A program made the position numbers and the translations under genes. Shown here one piece after another: positions 41,756 through 58,649 of a stretch of 64,000 bases of DNA. Source of the DNA: Eledone cirrhosa (Eukaryota); NCBI GenBank assembly GCA_964016885.1, contig OZ024742.1, forward strand, positions 224,812,001-224,876,000, in the 5' to 3' direction. The notes under the pieces are model-generated. The model was not told the origin of the DNA and searched no databases. It worked only from the letters and a program-made list of their open reading frames with translations. Each line of letters begins with the position of its first letter. Position 1 is the stretch's first letter.

Positions 41756-41866
41756 CACACAAATACATACAGACACGCCCACACACAGAGACGTTTACAC
41801 TGGCACACACACACACACACAAATACTTACAGACGCGTCCACACACAGAGACGTTTACACAGACAC

Positions 41867-41920
<54 letters not shown>

Positions 41921-42061
41921 ACACACACAGACACACACACACACCACATGCTAAGACTATAAGCACCAAATTTTCGCACATCTTCATCTCCTTCTCCATC
42001 TACATCTATTTTTCATCATCATCATCATCATCATCATCATTATCATCATCATCAGCATCAG

Positions 42062-42099
<38 letters not shown>

Positions 42100-42749
42100 G
42101 CATCATCATCATCATCATCATCAGCATCATCATCATCATCATCGACGCCGGTAACGAAAAGGTTTCGCACGACGGACTAAGTGGAGTTCGGGTTGTCATG
42201 TGGGGGTATCGAGGATAAGTCTGATACCCCCGCCCCCCCGCGCACACAGACCCACCCACACCCACGTAAGACTTCAAAATCCCTCTCCACTACCCCCACA
42301 CCTATCTTCACCCTTCCTCACTCACCTCCGTGTTTGACAGCGGCCCCCACCTCCTCTCTGCAATCCTTTTGTCCATCTGTCATGTTCTCGACCGCCATTT
42401 TGCTGTGTGATAAATTACAAGTCACTGTCGCTCTTGATAGTCCGACATTTTGTACTTGCCAACTATTGCCACTGTTGGTGTGTGTTCGTGTGCGTTGGTG
42501 TATGTTGGTGCATTTCTTGTGTTGGTAGTGTGGTTTGTGTTGATGGAATGATGGAGTGGCGGTGTATGTTGGTGTGATGGTGTGTCTATCATAGTTTTTG
42601 TTGTTTTTTTTGTTTTTTTTGTTGTTGTTGCTGTTATTTGGTATATATTGACACCAAATAACCAACGTAAGAAGCCCGCTTATTTACTGATATATTTACT
42701 AGTTCCATTTACTCTTTCACACAGTCTCTGTCTTTTTCTCTTTCTCTTT

Positions 42750-42827
<78 letters not shown>

Positions 42828-42830
<3 letters not shown>

Positions 42831-43018
42831 AAAAAAGTATGACCCCGACGGCAGAGCTCAAGCCGTTTCGACGGCTATTTCTGGACTAAATTCTAGAAAT
42901 AGCCGTCGAAACGGCTTGAGCTCTGCCGTCGGGGTCATACTTTTTTCCTATTTTTCACTCTACTACTGAGTACTTTGGTGCGTTATGGTCCATCTGGTTC
43001 CTTACCACAATTCCTTTG

Positions 43019-43022
<4 letters not shown>
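42828..43022. mobile_element. Short fold-back element with 3' half of an HHR
   Basis: Same family as 5517/14457; GAAA-cggct(tgagctc)tgccg-TC-ggggtc; TA-flanked. Confidence 0.75.
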
Positions 43023-43067
<45 letters not shown>

Positions 43068-43084
43068 TAAATATATATAAGTAA

Positions 43085-44280
43085 TACATACACGTAAAAC
43101 ATCGGCTATAACATCACAAAACAACAAACAACATCCCGTCCTACCTAAGCAACCACATCAATCCATCCATGCCAATACAACAACGCGAAATTATAACTGT
43201 AACTGTGTCCAACCAGGAATGTGTCCGTTGAACAATCAGTGTCTTGAACGCAACATCATATACAAATGTACTATCGAATCGGATAGCCAGAAGTGGTACT
43301 ATGTGGGGTCTACAGCTACCTCCTTCATATCTCGCCTTTATAGACATCGTTACTCGATAAAACATGAAAACAAGCGTTATGTAACAACACTCGCAGACAA
43401 GGCTTGGCAGCTGCGCGAAAATAACCAACAATTTAACCTAAAACGGGATATATAGCATGTGCCCCTGCATATATTACCACGGACAGGAATTTTGTAAATT
43501 GTGTAATATGGAATTATTTTGTATTATGAAATCAAAAAATATTTTATTAAATAACAGAATAGAGCGATCGTTATACTGTAACCATCGCTTGAAATCTACA
43601 TTTTCATATTACAAACACTACCAGGATTGAACGCCTGTCTCCATCTCCGTTTGATTGTCAAAATACATATTAACATTCTCTATTAGTCTTAATTCTATCA
43701 ACTCTTCTATTCTTTACCATTTAATATAAACTGCTATAGATAAAATGAGATTTCTTAATTCAATTCCCTAATGAATATACCAGCAGGCTCCCAGCATTGT
43801 TGTTATTCAGTAGCAGTGAAAATCTCCCTCTTCCTTAATTGACACTTTATATCTATTAATACTACTACACCAAACGACCAGCCCTGTCCATTGTTCAATT
43901 GGTCAAGTATAGATTAAAATAGGCACTCCCAAAAATTCTTATTTAGATAAAATAAACCATATACTCATTGTATTCTCATTAGAAACCTTTTATATACTTG
44001 TTTACCAGTAAATTGAATTGCCATCTGTCATATACTATCCCCTCCCTTCTTCCTTTATTACAACTAATATAAATACTTCAATTTTTCTGATTTTTTCCAA
44101 TTAATCCAATATCTCTGAAGAAGTGACAACTGATTATACATTTGCTATCGAATACTTGTTAACATTATATGATTACGCAAACAGCGATACATAGGTATTC
44201 CGTCTGTTACAGAAACATATGTCAATACCTAATAAATTCCTTTATAAAAGCACTTTCATTTTATATTCATCTTTTCTATA
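43085..44280 (+). mobile_element. Penelope-like (possibly Neptune-type) GIY-YIG 3' fragment with long 3' UTR and HHR
   Basis: CNC..CPLNNQCLERNIIYKC..YYVGST..RLYRH, then CKLCNME..LLNNRIE..CNH; TA-flanked. Confidence 0.8.
44110..44228 (+). ncRNA. Hammerhead with ~90 nt stem II insert
   Basis: CTGAAGA-a-gtgaca...tgttac-a-GAAA-catatg-TC; stem I weak. Confidence 0.55.
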
Positions 44281-44650
44281 TATATAAGTATATATATATA
44301 TAAGTATATATGGTGGCTGCCAACTCGTTTTCGAGTACGGCCACTACTTTATATCCATGTAGGCGAACCCCTACCGATGCGCTGAACAAGTGTGACTTTT
44401 TAGTCCAGCCAGCGACTTGAAAACTCTGGTAGAAACACTACACTTGTGACAATTATAATATAAGTACCCACATATATAGTAATGATAATGATGACGACTA
44501 AAATCCGAAGAGGGCTCGATAAGGATTATGTATATAAAATATATATATAAAACCCGTAGAGCAAATAATAAAATGTATATATATATATATAAATATCATG
44601 TATATATGTGTGTGTGAGGGTGTGTGTGTATGTGTGTGTGTGTGTGTATG

Positions 44651-44683
<33 letters not shown>

Positions 44684-44768
44684 AAAAGGTAAACAGAAAT
44701 AACAACACAATCGGTACAGTATATGGAAGGAATATATTAGGTTAACGCTTGATATAGCAGGAAGAGGG

Positions 44769-44803
44769 TCTTAACGTTCGGACGTTAGTCCTTCATCAGA
44801 AGA
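44769..44803 (-). ncRNA. Minimal HHR, copy of 24523-24558 lacking one A of GAAA
   Basis: tctt-CTGATGA-aggactaacgtcc-GAA-cgtt-aaga. Confidence 0.55.
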
Positions 44804-45289
44804 AAGAATGAGAAATAAGATAGATTAAGGGGGCCGGTGGGTTGGAAATGGAAAAAATGTCTTTAGATAAAAATAACAGGTCCATTCATGTTGACATCTA
44901 TATGTGTATATATATATATATATATAAAGAGAGAGAGCGAGAGAGAGTGAGAGAGAGAGAGGATTTCCTGATGATTTTATACGAATGAAACAGTTATATA
45001 TATAATAAAGATGCCTATTCTCTACCAAAATATTGAGCATGTTTTAACTGTGGTTACCTCCGACTCCACTCGGGAACCTACATATTATATGTAACCCATT
45101 GAGCTAAAAAAAAGTGAGGATCGAATCGTTAGCGGAAAATGAAGCCGCGCCTGTAGCGTGCAAAATTCTGTTCACATTTTCCATCGCAAAGTACTATATA
45201 CCCGATTTATTTTCAATTATTTTATAATAAAAATCTAACGTTATTGTGACTTTGCATAAAGCTACCTATACTTTGAAATGTGCAAGTGG

Positions 45290-45466
<177 letters not shown>

Positions 45467-45498
45467 AGAAAAACCACAAACCCTCCATCTCAATTCTA

Positions 45499-45534
45499 CT
45501 TTTGAAAAGCATAAGAACTGTGAAACCGGTAAAG
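45499..45534 (+). ncRNA. Minimal hammerhead, U3-A8 core variant (second copy)
   Basis: ctt-TTGAAAA-gca(taagaac)tgt-GAAA-ccgg-TA-aag. Confidence 0.5.
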
Positions 45535-45659
45535 GAAACAAATAAATATTCTTTAAAAGACTCCAGTTGCATTTTCGATTTCATCTTTTTTTCATTATAC
45601 TTTCACTCGTGTATGACATCTCGTTTTTTTTTTTCATTTAAAAATAAAACTCATTTTCT

Positions 45660-45757
<98 letters not shown>

Positions 45758-45894
45758 TATACATACATACACACATCAGTATGTACTTAGGTTAATAGGA
45801 GGTAGGTATTGTATACCCGTGTCCCATTGAAGTATTGGCAGTATGTATGTTATATTTCGTGTATTTATATATATATTTAGATATATTATTATTT

Positions 45895-46110
45895 TTGTAG
45901 AAACAGAAATCGTGCCAATCGTCATTGGGGCTCTAGGTAGTGTCCCTAAACTGCTTACGTCTTTCCTTGGAAACCTGACTTCATATTCCTAGGCAGTGCC
46001 CACATTTCTACCATCACTAGGATTACCAGAATCCTGCGTGATATCAGGGGCTGAGCTGGGGCTGATTAACACGCTTCATCTAGCAACCGATTGCTAGAGA
46101 AACCTTACAT
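45895..46110 (+). mobile_element. C-terminal fragment of a restriction-endonuclease-like (R4/NeSL-type) LINE
   Basis: Translates VETEIVPIVIGALGSVPK. Confidence 0.5.
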
Positions 46111-46129
46111 AAAGGAAAATAAGTTATCA

Positions 46130-46660
46130 TTAGTTACGTCCCTTTACGGTCTGAGTTCAAATCCCGTCCAGGTTAACTTTGCCTTTCATCCTTACGGGGT
46201 CGATCAAATAAAGTACCAGTAATGTACTGGGTAATTGCTGGCCTTGTGCCAAAAGTAGAAACAATTATTATTGGATAGGCAGTATCAGTAGAGCGTCAGA
46301 GATCATGCTTTCCAGCATAGAGTTATGGCCATTTACGTTCTAAGTTCAAATCCCACCAAGGTTAGCTTTGCCTTTCATCCTTATCGATAAAATAAACTAC
46401 CAGTAATGCACTGGGATCGATTTAATCAATTTTCCCCTCCCCTACAAATTGCTGAACTTGTGCCTAAAGTAGAAACAAAGGGCGGTGGATTGGCAGTATC
46501 GGTAGAGGGTTGGACGCCATGCTTTTCAGCATTAAGTTACGGCCCTTTATGATCTGTGTTCAAATCTCGCCGAGGTTAACTTTGCTTTTCATCCTTACGG
46601 GGTCGATACAATAAAGTACCAGTAATACACTGAGATAATTGCTGGCCTTGTGCCAAGAGT
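46130..46660 (+). mobile_element. Three tandem tRNA-derived SINE copies
   Basis: gttcaaatc..ggttaactttgcctttcatcc..aaagtaccagtaat..ccttgtgcc repeated three times. Confidence 0.8.
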
Positions 46661-48357
46661 TTACTAAGAATTATTACTGGCGAACGCCAGACGAAAATGA
46701 GTATTCAATGCCATAGTAATGACTAATGTTATTTTTAGGCTGATCTATTAGCGAACTGTTAGATTCAGTGTCTGGTTCATGCTAGAGACGAACCTCTACC
46801 TTCCTGAACACATTTCCATCCTGTCCCTACCCACTGAGCTGACTGAAACCAATAGCAACCACATGCAAACATCATTCACAACATCAAGGTGGGGACAACA
46901 ACAACAACAACAACAACAACAACGGTAGCAGTTTACAGTTGTAGACAAGGAAAACATTCAATTTATCCCATTCTGTCCTACCAGAATTGTTTACGCTGTA
47001 GAATAGAATAGAACGAAGTGGACCGCCGTCGATTTTGACGATGATTGTTCCTGTTGTTTGATTAACAGAATAACATGGTACCGAAGGGCCATGTGTAGGT
47101 TTTTAACCGGATGGCGGAATACATCTACCACCTATCGGGGCCATATTATTCATAAGGCTGACTTGACGAAGCTTATTGGGGAGTACTGAGAGTAGGGGGG
47201 TCATTGTGTGACAAGACTGACGCTGAATTACGGGTGCATATGAGAGGCTTCAAAACATTTTCCGTCTGTTCAATTTCACTTACAAGTCTTGGGTTGATAG
47301 GAAGCTATGGCAAATGATACGGGCCCAAGGTATCACACAATAAGCTGGAACCCAAGACATTACAAATCCGACACCTCATGATTGAAAAGTGACCTTCTTA
47401 ACCAAACAGACATGCTCGCGTCCTTTTAATAATTACGATTTATACGTATGGACACGTAACTTGGAGATTTTTAAACTGGCAGAGCCAATAGCCCTGCAGA
47501 CCTGGACAGAGGCGATGTCTTCCAGAGAAGGAAAGAGAGAGGATATTATTGACCTCGAAATGAGGAAAAGGAAAGGATTTATCAGTGACATTTAAACTCA
47601 AAGTACAGAGAGCCGGAATCAATACCGCAAAAAGTTTTATCCGACGTTCTAACGAATTTACCAATTCGCCGCCTTATACATACAATACAGAATACTTACA
47701 TTTAACAGGTTTAGAACTTTCGTCCCGAGTTGTTAATAATTATTTACCTCCTTCCCGACTGTTACCCATTCCGACCGATGATATCTTTATACTCACCAAT
47801 TCTAACCCCACCGAAGTCAAATGTGCCTTTCTTTCAAGGTCGATAAAGTATGGAGTAATGCACTGGGATAATTGCTGGTCTTGTACCAAAAGTAGAAACA
47901 ATTATTTATATAAGAGCCTTTCTTAAGTTATGTTCCAAACACCAATTTGGTAACGAGGAAGTTAGTTATATTACTAAATCTCTTGAAATTATTGATCTTT
48001 TTAAAGATTATTTGAAAATCACAAGTATCACTTTTTTTATTTTTTTTTTATTTTTTTTTAGTTATGGTAACGAAAATAGGGTGGTTGGAGAAAACGGAAA
48101 GACGAACGGAAAGAGGCGAGAAAATTGCAATAATGACAAACATGGGTAGATGTATAGGTGGTAATTAGGTGGCGGCGGTGGTGGTGGTGGTGGCGGTGAT
48201 GGTTGGTGGTGGAGGGGGATGTAATGGTTGTTGGGTGTGCGGACTAATTAGGGAGCAAAAGATTCTGGGATTATATACAGAAGCTACCCAAAAGCTGTCA
48301 ACAGATCATTTAAGTAGGTGATAGCAGAAGGATTTCGTCAAGCTGCTGAAAAGGTTT

Positions 48358-49300
48358 GACCAAACACTCCTCTACCACAACATACACCACCACCACCACC
48401 ATCATCACCACAACCACCACCTCTACCACAACATACACCACCACCACCACCACCACCATCATCACCAAACACTCCTCTACCACAACATACACCACCACCA
48501 AAACCACCACCATCATCACCAAACACTCCTCTACCACAACATACACCACCACCACCACCACCACCATCATCACCAAACACTCCTCTACCACAACATACAC
48601 CACCACCACCACCACCACCACCACCACCTCAACCACCACCTCTACCACAACATACACCACCACCACCACCACCACCACCTCAACCACCACCTCTACCACA
48701 ACATACACCACCACCACCACCACCACCACCATCATCACCAAACACTCCTCTACCACAACATACACCACCACCACCACAACCACCACCACAACCACCGCCA
48801 CCATCATCAGCAAACACTCCTCTACCACTACATACACCGTCACCCCCACCCCAACCACCACCAAACACTTCTCTACCACAACATACACCACCACCACCAC
48901 CAGCACAACCACCACCAGCACAACCACCACCATCATCACCAAACACTCCTCTACCACAACACACCACCACCACCACCACCACCACAACCACCACCATCAT
49001 CACCAAACACTCCTCTACCACAACATACACCACCACCACCACCACCACTGCCACCACCACCACCACCATCATCACCAAACACTCCTCTACCACAACATAC
49101 ACCACCACCACCACCACCGCCACCACAACCACCACCACCATCATCACCAAACACTCCTCTACCACAACATACACCACCACCACCACCACCACACCACCAC
49201 CACCACACCAACCACCACATCACCACCAACAATAAACACTACTCCACCACAACCGCCAACATCACAATCACCAACATCGTCGCCACCACCACCACCACCA
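48358..49300. repeat. Minisatellite, ~40-60 bp unit
   Basis: atcatcaccaaacactcctctaccacaacatac(acc)n repeated more than 12 times. Confidence 0.9.
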
Positions 49301-49459
49301 TGAATGTCATTACATACACTCACTGAGACACACATGTACACACAAAGTTACACACATACACACATAAATGTACACCCGTCATACATACACGCATAATTGG
49401 ACATACGCAAACGTAGATACATAGATACCCACATACACGCACACACAAATACACACACG

Positions 49460-49615
49460 CATGCATACATACATACATACATACATACATACATACATAC
49501 ATACATACATAAATACATAAATACATACATACATACATACATACAAACGAACACATACATACATACATACATCATAAATACATACATACATCATAAATAC
49601 ATACATACATCATAA

Positions 49616-49646
<31 letters not shown>

Positions 49647-50140
49647 CGTCATACATACATACATACATACATACATACATACATACATCATAAATACATA
49701 CATATATACGTCATACATACATACATACATACATACATCATAAATACATACATACATACATACATACATCATAAATACATACATACATACATGCATACAT
49801 ACATACATACATACATACATACATACGTCATACATACATACATACATACATACATACATACATACATACATACATACATACATACATCATACATACATAC
49901 ATACATACATACGTCATACATACATACATACATACATACATCATACATACATACATACATACATACATACGTCATACATACATACATACATACATGCATA
50001 CATACATACATACATACGTACATACATACATACATACATCATACATACATACATACATACATACATACATACATACATACATACGTACATACATACATAC
50101 ATACATACATACATACATGCATACATACATACATACAAAC
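49460..50140. repeat. (CATA)n microsatellite
   Basis: Direct reading. Confidence 0.95.
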
Positions 50141-51056
50141 GAACACATACAAGCATTCATAAGCACAAAAGTCCACACGCTCACAAGCACACACACACAC
50201 ACAAACACACATTCACACACACACACACACACACACAAACACGGACGCACACACACACACACACATACGCATAGACGCACACACACATGCGAACCACACA
50301 CACACACACACGGGCGCAATCTCAAAGCCGTCGGTTAACGTGTCGTGACGAGAAATGGGGGGGGGAAAGGGATTCGCTCCCACCCCACCTCTCTCTTTCT
50401 CTCTCTCTCTCTCTCTCACAAACACACACTCTGTCTCATTCACTCTCTCTCTCTCTCTCACACACACACTCTCTCTCTCTCTCTCTTTCTCATTCTCTTT
50501 CCCACCTTTCTTCACTCCTACCTCGCTCAGTTCTCTCTGCCCCACACTCTCTATCTCTCACTCTCTCACTCTCTCTCTCTCTATCTATCTCTTTCTTACT
50601 CTCTCTTTCTCTTTCTCACCCTTATTCACTCCTACCACTCTCAATTCTATCTGCCCCCCCCTCTCTCTCTCTCACTCTCTTTCCCTCAAATATTCTCTGC
50701 CTCACGACCCTCCCACACCAACACGGTATTAACATTACCTAAGGTGTAACCCCTTCCTATTTTAGGAGGTTATTTATTTGTTTATTTATTGACACTGTTT
50801 GTTTGTTGTTGTAATTCACTCCCTAAAAAAATTAAAGACCACCCTGGAACAAGGAAGGGCGCCTGGCATCCTAGCTTCTTATAATTTTCACCATTGTTAT
50901 TATTATTTCTTGTTATTTTGTTATTTAAGTAGGCCCAACTACTGCTATGTGATGCTTTGCTAAGGTACTAAGCTACTAAACCTACTATAGTTACATCTCC
51001 AATGCTGTTGTGTGTGTATATGGGGGGGGGGGCGTTCTTTATCTCTCCTATTTACC

Positions 51057-51092
<36 letters not shown>

Positions 51093-51094
<2 letters not shown>

Positions 51095-52675
51095 CCTGGA
51101 AGCGGTCTACTGCAACTGGCAGCAAAACGGGAGAATTCCCAGTTCTGTGACCAAGGGCGTAATCACGTTAGTCAGGAAGGACGAGAACAAGGGTATGACA
51201 TAGGCAACTTCTGGCCCATAACTCTGCTCAACACAGAGTTACAGATTTTGGCCAAGGTGTTGGCAAAGAGGCTGGCGCTTGTCGTCGAAACCTGGTGGGA
51301 GAAGCGCAGACATGCGCAATCCCGACCAGGTCCATACCCGCCAACCTCCACCTCATGCGATACATCAACTTGGATCAGTCTAAGGCTTTCGATATGGTTG
51401 ACCATCGTTACCTGGATGCGGTGCTCGAGGCGGCAGGCTTCGGTCCCGTGTTCAGGGGCTGGATTGCTGCAATGCACAACAGCAACATCTGCTCAAGGGT
51501 CAAGGTGAACGACTACCTCTCGGAGCCGTTCCATATCACGCGATCTATCCGACAGGGATGCCCTCTCTCCTCCCTTCTGTACGCACTGAGCCACTACTGC
51601 GGAAGTTGGAGCTATTGCAGGGCATCCCTTTGGAACCGGGACTGCGAAAAGCGGCGTCGGCCTACGCCGACGACGTGACAGTAATGGTGTCGAGCACCTC
51701 GCATATCGGGGAGCTTGGCACCTTACTGGAGGAATACGAAAGGTTCACAGGAGCGAAGCTGAACCGGGACAAACCCGCCGGTTTGCAACCTTCCGATGAC
51801 GTCGTCGGACGTTGGACGGAAGGACCGGTAAAGCTGCTCGGGGTCGGTTTGGTTTGGTCCTGACCTTCAGGTGGAGAAGAACTGGAACGAGGTGACGGCC
51901 AAGGTGTTTTCGCTCACCCAGAAGTGGGCCGAGTGCAAACTATCCTTGAAAGGTCGAGCGGAGGTGGCGAACACTTTTATAGCGACCGTCATCTACTACC
52001 GCTTGACCGTTGTGCCTTGTCCAGCCAAAACGCTCACCAAAATGGAGCGCGCGCTCTTCAAATTCCTTTGGAAGAAACGGGCTCCTTTGGTGAGAAGATC
52101 CATCTGATGCCAACACCCTTCAAACGGAGGGCTGGGGAAGCCGTGGCTGACGATGCGCAAACACGCGCTCAGGCTGCGGCACCTCCATGTATTCCTCACC
52201 AGACAACCGGTGTGGGCCCCGTTTGTGAGGCGAGCCTTTCCACGACTCGTCTCGCTGACCGAGCTGCAGACCTGGGTCAAGCAAAGACCGAGGAAAATGG
52301 GCGACTGCCATATCGAATGTGCTCAGGCGCTCACAGTCCTCTGGCAAACGGACCCAGCGATCAGTGGAAACTCCACTTCGACATTCTATAGAGGGTTGGT
52401 CCGCAGCAAGTGCGACGAAACGCTCGGAGAAACGCTAGGCGTAGAGGAGGACGAACTGGCCAGTCTGTTCGGTAGGACCTTCCGCCCGGGACCAATGGAC
52501 AATTTCCAAAAGGCCCTGGCCTGGCAGTGCTACTGAGGAGCTCTACCAGTTCGAGACAGCTCTACAGACACGGGCGCCCGAGTAGGGACCCTTCGAAAAA
52601 ATCTGTCCGAGATGCGTGCGCGACGAGGAAACCGTCGCACACGCATTTGTACACTGCCCGGGCGTTACCTGTATG
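51093..52675 (+). mobile_element. Decayed L1/Tx1-like LINE ORF2 (RT and C-terminal region)
   Basis: PITLLNTELQILAKVLAKRL, NLDQSKAFDMVDH, SIRQGCPLS, SAYADDVTV, LSLKGRAEVAN; frameshifts and stops. Confidence 0.88.
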
Positions 52676-52689
52676 TAAACTCCCCACTT

Positions 52690-52989
52690 TTGCAAGATCT
52701 TTTTTTTATCTGAAAACGTGTGTTGAAACTTTGGAAGGGTCATGCTGCCAATAAATACACACGCACCTGGTGATTTTCACTTCAATTTATTATTATAATT
52801 TCCCAGTCGGTTAGTTTAATAACCGGATGGTAGTCTAGTTGTTGATTGTCATCAGAGCTCTTTCTTCACACATTCTATGACCTTCTCAGTGATTACTTTT
52901 GTTGTTATTTTGTGTTTCAACTTTGTTCTGTCTTACACCATCTTGTTTTAGTGTGCTGTGTACTTGGAATGCACATGCGTAATATACGG

Positions 52990-53056
<67 letters not shown>

Positions 53057-53630
53057 TTTGTGTGTCTTTGTGTGTATTTGTGTGTATTTATGTGTATTTG
53101 TGTGTGTGTGTTTGTGTTTATTTATTTACTTTTTTTTATATATTTATTTGTTAATTTATTCATACATTTATTTATTTATTTATTCTCTTTCATACTTGTT
53201 ACTAATTGGATACTTGTTCAATTTGTGTGTATCTGGTCTATTTTATTAGTTTGTTTCTTGTGTGTCTTTATATTGTCCTTAGTTACTATTCCACACGTAT
53301 TTTCTATTTAGTTTTGGTTGGAGTTCGTTTATATTTGTCGCTTTCGTAATCAGAATGAATAGGAACACAGCTTACATAGGTGAGACGCTCCGTAGCATAG
53401 AAGAAAGGATAACAGAACACTGACGAGAACACATAGACGAGGAAAACTCATCGGTACTCCACGAACATGCCAGAATAGACATGGGAGCTCACTAGAGAAC
53501 ATCGAGATAACAATTATCTCCACACAGAACAGACGCAACGCTCCGACAGATTACAGAAGCGACGCACATAAACGATCTCCAACCAAAATTAAAACACGAG
53601 TGGAATAGCAACAACCCCAGAGCATAGTAA
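52690..53630. mobile_element. Inverted PLE remnant related to the 16.4/22.5 kb family
   Basis: 52690-53350 (-) 3' repeat with degenerate HHR at ~52851-52894; 53350-53630 (+) AYIGET..ITEH..RQITEATHINDLQPKLKHEWNS. Confidence 0.75.
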
Positions 53631-53649
53631 CTAAGGACTATACAAAGAC

Positions 53650-54200
53650 ATTCAGTGATCCGGAACAACTGTCTCCAACTGATCTGGCTGGATCCCCAAG
53701 CGTGACTAGCCAAGCCCATGGATGTTATCCAACCATCTTGCTTGGGGTCTACCCATGCCTCTCCTACCAGCTGGTTTTGCCCGTAAAATCTGTCCAGCGA
53801 TTCTTTCCTGAGACATTCTAACAGAACGAATACCGCAAAGCATTAATTCTATCCGACGCTCTAATCAATCTAACAATTCAACATATTTCAATCTTTTTCC
53901 AGGAGTATTTCCAGGATATTCCAAACTATTATTTACAATGATCGACTCTATGGGCATGGGGTTAGAATGTTTCAGGAAATATTCACTGGACAGATTTTAC
54001 GGACAAAACAAACCGGCAAGAGACCCAGGAGTAGACCCACAAGCAAGATGGTTGGATAACATCAATGATCTTGACTGGTCTTGCTTGGGGATCCAGCTGG
54101 ATCAGTTGGAGACGGGTGCTTCTGACAGGACCCACATGGAAGGATCGTGTTTAAGGACTCTTCTCACATGACCATCTCAGGAATAAGTGGGTTAAGAAGA
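53650..54200. mobile_element. Two RTE-like LINE 3' ends in opposite orientation
   Basis: + copy encodes PQARWLDNINDLDWSCLGI..ASDR; 53660-53820 is a diverged reverse-complement homologue. Confidence 0.6.
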
Positions 54201-54609
54201 AGAAAGAAAACTCTTGTTATATTCGTTTCCGTTGGGGCGACTACATTTCGAATTTCAAAATAGTAAATTTTAACTGGAATCGAAATATTATCCTATGTTT
54301 CACAATGAACAATAGATATATTCATTTCTTATATATTACATATTATATACCATTGTGTAACATTTCTTATATATTACATATTATATACCATTGTGTAACA
54401 TTTCTAACTCAGATAATATTAAAAATTGCAATCATCTAAACTTTTCCGATAATATTTATTTTTTTATACTTGGATACTTATAAGACTTTTATTCTTCTAT
54501 AACTTTTCTTCTCATTCCCATTCATTACTTTTTCATACCTTAAATGCATCTGTTCTTTATTGATGAGGTAAACACCAGCGATATTCAGAGGCGAACGTTC
54601 TTACGTATT

Positions 54610-55612
<1,003 letters not shown>

Positions 55613-55777
55613 AGTTAAAACAATGAAATAAAAAATCAAGTCATTAGAGATATACCTGTTTTCCTTTTAATGTTTTATTGTTTTCCGAGATTTATCTTAA
55701 CCTACAACATTTTCAACATATGGATTACATTGATTTCTTCACACAGAATAGACCCCACAACTTACAGTGGATACCTC

Positions 55778-55818
<41 letters not shown>

Positions 55819-55841
55819 GTTCAAACACACAAACACACACG

Positions 55842-55913
<72 letters not shown>

Positions 55914-56134
55914 CAGATGCCGCGCGCCCATTTAGCTGAGTTGTCAGCCGCTGCATAGAGAGGTGGATGAAACGTAATTCGGCCATTTTCTTCTGACATA
56001 TTACATTCTCGAAAATATATTTAATTGCTATTGAAGAAATGGGAAAATACACACACGATAAAATAAATAACTTTATATATTAAGTATTAAAAATAAAATA
56101 TCTTTATTCGCAAATACAAACATACACAGACGCA

Positions 56135-56245
<111 letters not shown>

Positions 56246-56279
56246 ACGCACCCACACGCCCCCCCCCCACACACACACA

Positions 56280-56339
<60 letters not shown>

Positions 56340-56677
56340 AATGTACACATACCCACATAGATATACAAATTTATACGTGTGTATGTAAATAGATATATGT
56401 ATCTCTATATATATATGTGTATGGATTGCGCAGTTTTATATACAAATATACCAGTGAGTCTGAGTGTACGTGTGTATGTGAAAGAGATGGCGTGTGTGTA
56501 GAGAGAAAGATAGATAGACAGAGAGAGAGAGAGACACACAGAGAGGTAGAGAAGCATTTATTCATGTATTCAAGAATATTCCACGTGATAAAAACCCCTG
56601 GCATACAGACGTTGATAGCATACATGTTATAACGTTATAATGTAGCAATCATTTTTCATAGGTTATAGATAACTGGT

Positions 56678-56719
<42 letters not shown>

Positions 56720-56829
56720 TGTACGTATGTCTCTGTGTATTCATATAATATATATTCATATACATTATATAATACAATATATATTATATATGGTTTATAT
56801 ATAATAAATATATGAATATATGTATATAA

Positions 56830-57440
56830 TATGGAAAAAATGAAATTTCATTTCCCACTCTTAGTACGGCTGATACTTAAATATAAGTATGTATACGTGC
56901 ATGCATATATGTATACAGACGTACAGTAGTATGTATATACATCCATACATGCACACATATATATGTATATATATGTACGTATGGGTTTACCGAACATTTA
57001 TTATAATGTTCGGTTTGTTTGTAAACAAACAGCCCGAATTATTAGCCGTACAGTGTTCGGCAACCATCGTTACCATTTTGTTCAACACTGACAAAGGAAC
57101 GATGAACTAGTTTCTAGCTTATTAGCTGTCATCAGCACCGTATACCTTCCTGTCAGTTGATTGAACGTTTGAAAGTATATACTTTCCTTATGCATATTAA
57201 CGGCTGAGCAGCCTAATTTGCATATCGAGTGAGTTAGTCGGCCGGGCGTACCGAAAACGATAAATGGAAAAGAATGAAATGAAATTTCATTTCTCACTCT
57301 TAGTACGGCTGATACTTAAATATAAGTATCTATACGTACATACATATATGTGTGCATGTATGTATGTATATGCATACTACTGTACGTCTGTATACATATA
57401 TGTATGTACGTATACATACTTATATTTAAGTATCAGCCGT
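56830..57440 (-). mobile_element. Retrozyme-like unit, ~1.15 copies plus short inversion; HHR at 57099-57141
   Basis: aaatttcattt.cactcttagtacggctgatacttaaa at ~56843 and ~57282 (period ~439); HHR acggtg-CTGATGA-cagct(aata)agcta-GAAA-ctag-TT-catcgt. Confidence 0.85.
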
Positions 57441-57602
57441 GTGTGTGTGTAATATGTATGTTTATAATACCTATACATTAATATATAAATATATAAAAAT
57501 ATATAATATATGTATATATAAGGAAATAAGGTAGTTTTCACTTTCGTTGATAAAATGAAACTTGTGGAGTGATTATGCAAAAGTTATAAATATATGTATA
57601 TA

Positions 57603-58071
<469 letters not shown>

Positions 58072-58099
58072 TATATATATATGCACATATATATATATG

Positions 58100-58165
<66 letters not shown>

Positions 58166-58186
58166 TATATATATATGCACATATAT

Positions 58187-58285
<99 letters not shown>

Positions 58286-58297
58286 TATATATATATG

Positions 58298-58367
<70 letters not shown>

Positions 58368-58513
58368 GATAAATCTACCAAGAGTTTACGGTAGTGTCCA
58401 ATCCGTATGAAGAACTCAATGTATTCCGGATATCATGGAAAGAAGAGATGTAATGAAAAATCACTTTCGGTGAAAGATAAACGGAATACAGAGTCAAGAT
58501 TTTGTTTAATATT

Positions 58514-58554
<41 letters not shown>

Positions 58555-58555
58555 T

Positions 58556-58602
<47 letters not shown>

Positions 58603-58649
58603 TATATATATATATATATAAATATATATATATATACACACACACATAT

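Noticed and set aside
42130-42700. GC-richer stretch with short ORFs (possible retroelement ORF1 remnant)
   Set aside because: No motif I can assign with confidence
48358-49200. CRISPR-like repeat-spacer appearance
   Set aside because: Spacers are just variable (ACC)n runs; eukaryotic context with no cas genes
48356-49303. 315-aa mucin-like Thr/His ORF
   Set aside because: Stop-free CA-rich minisatellite with a frame slip from Thr to His runs; cannot be supported as a gene
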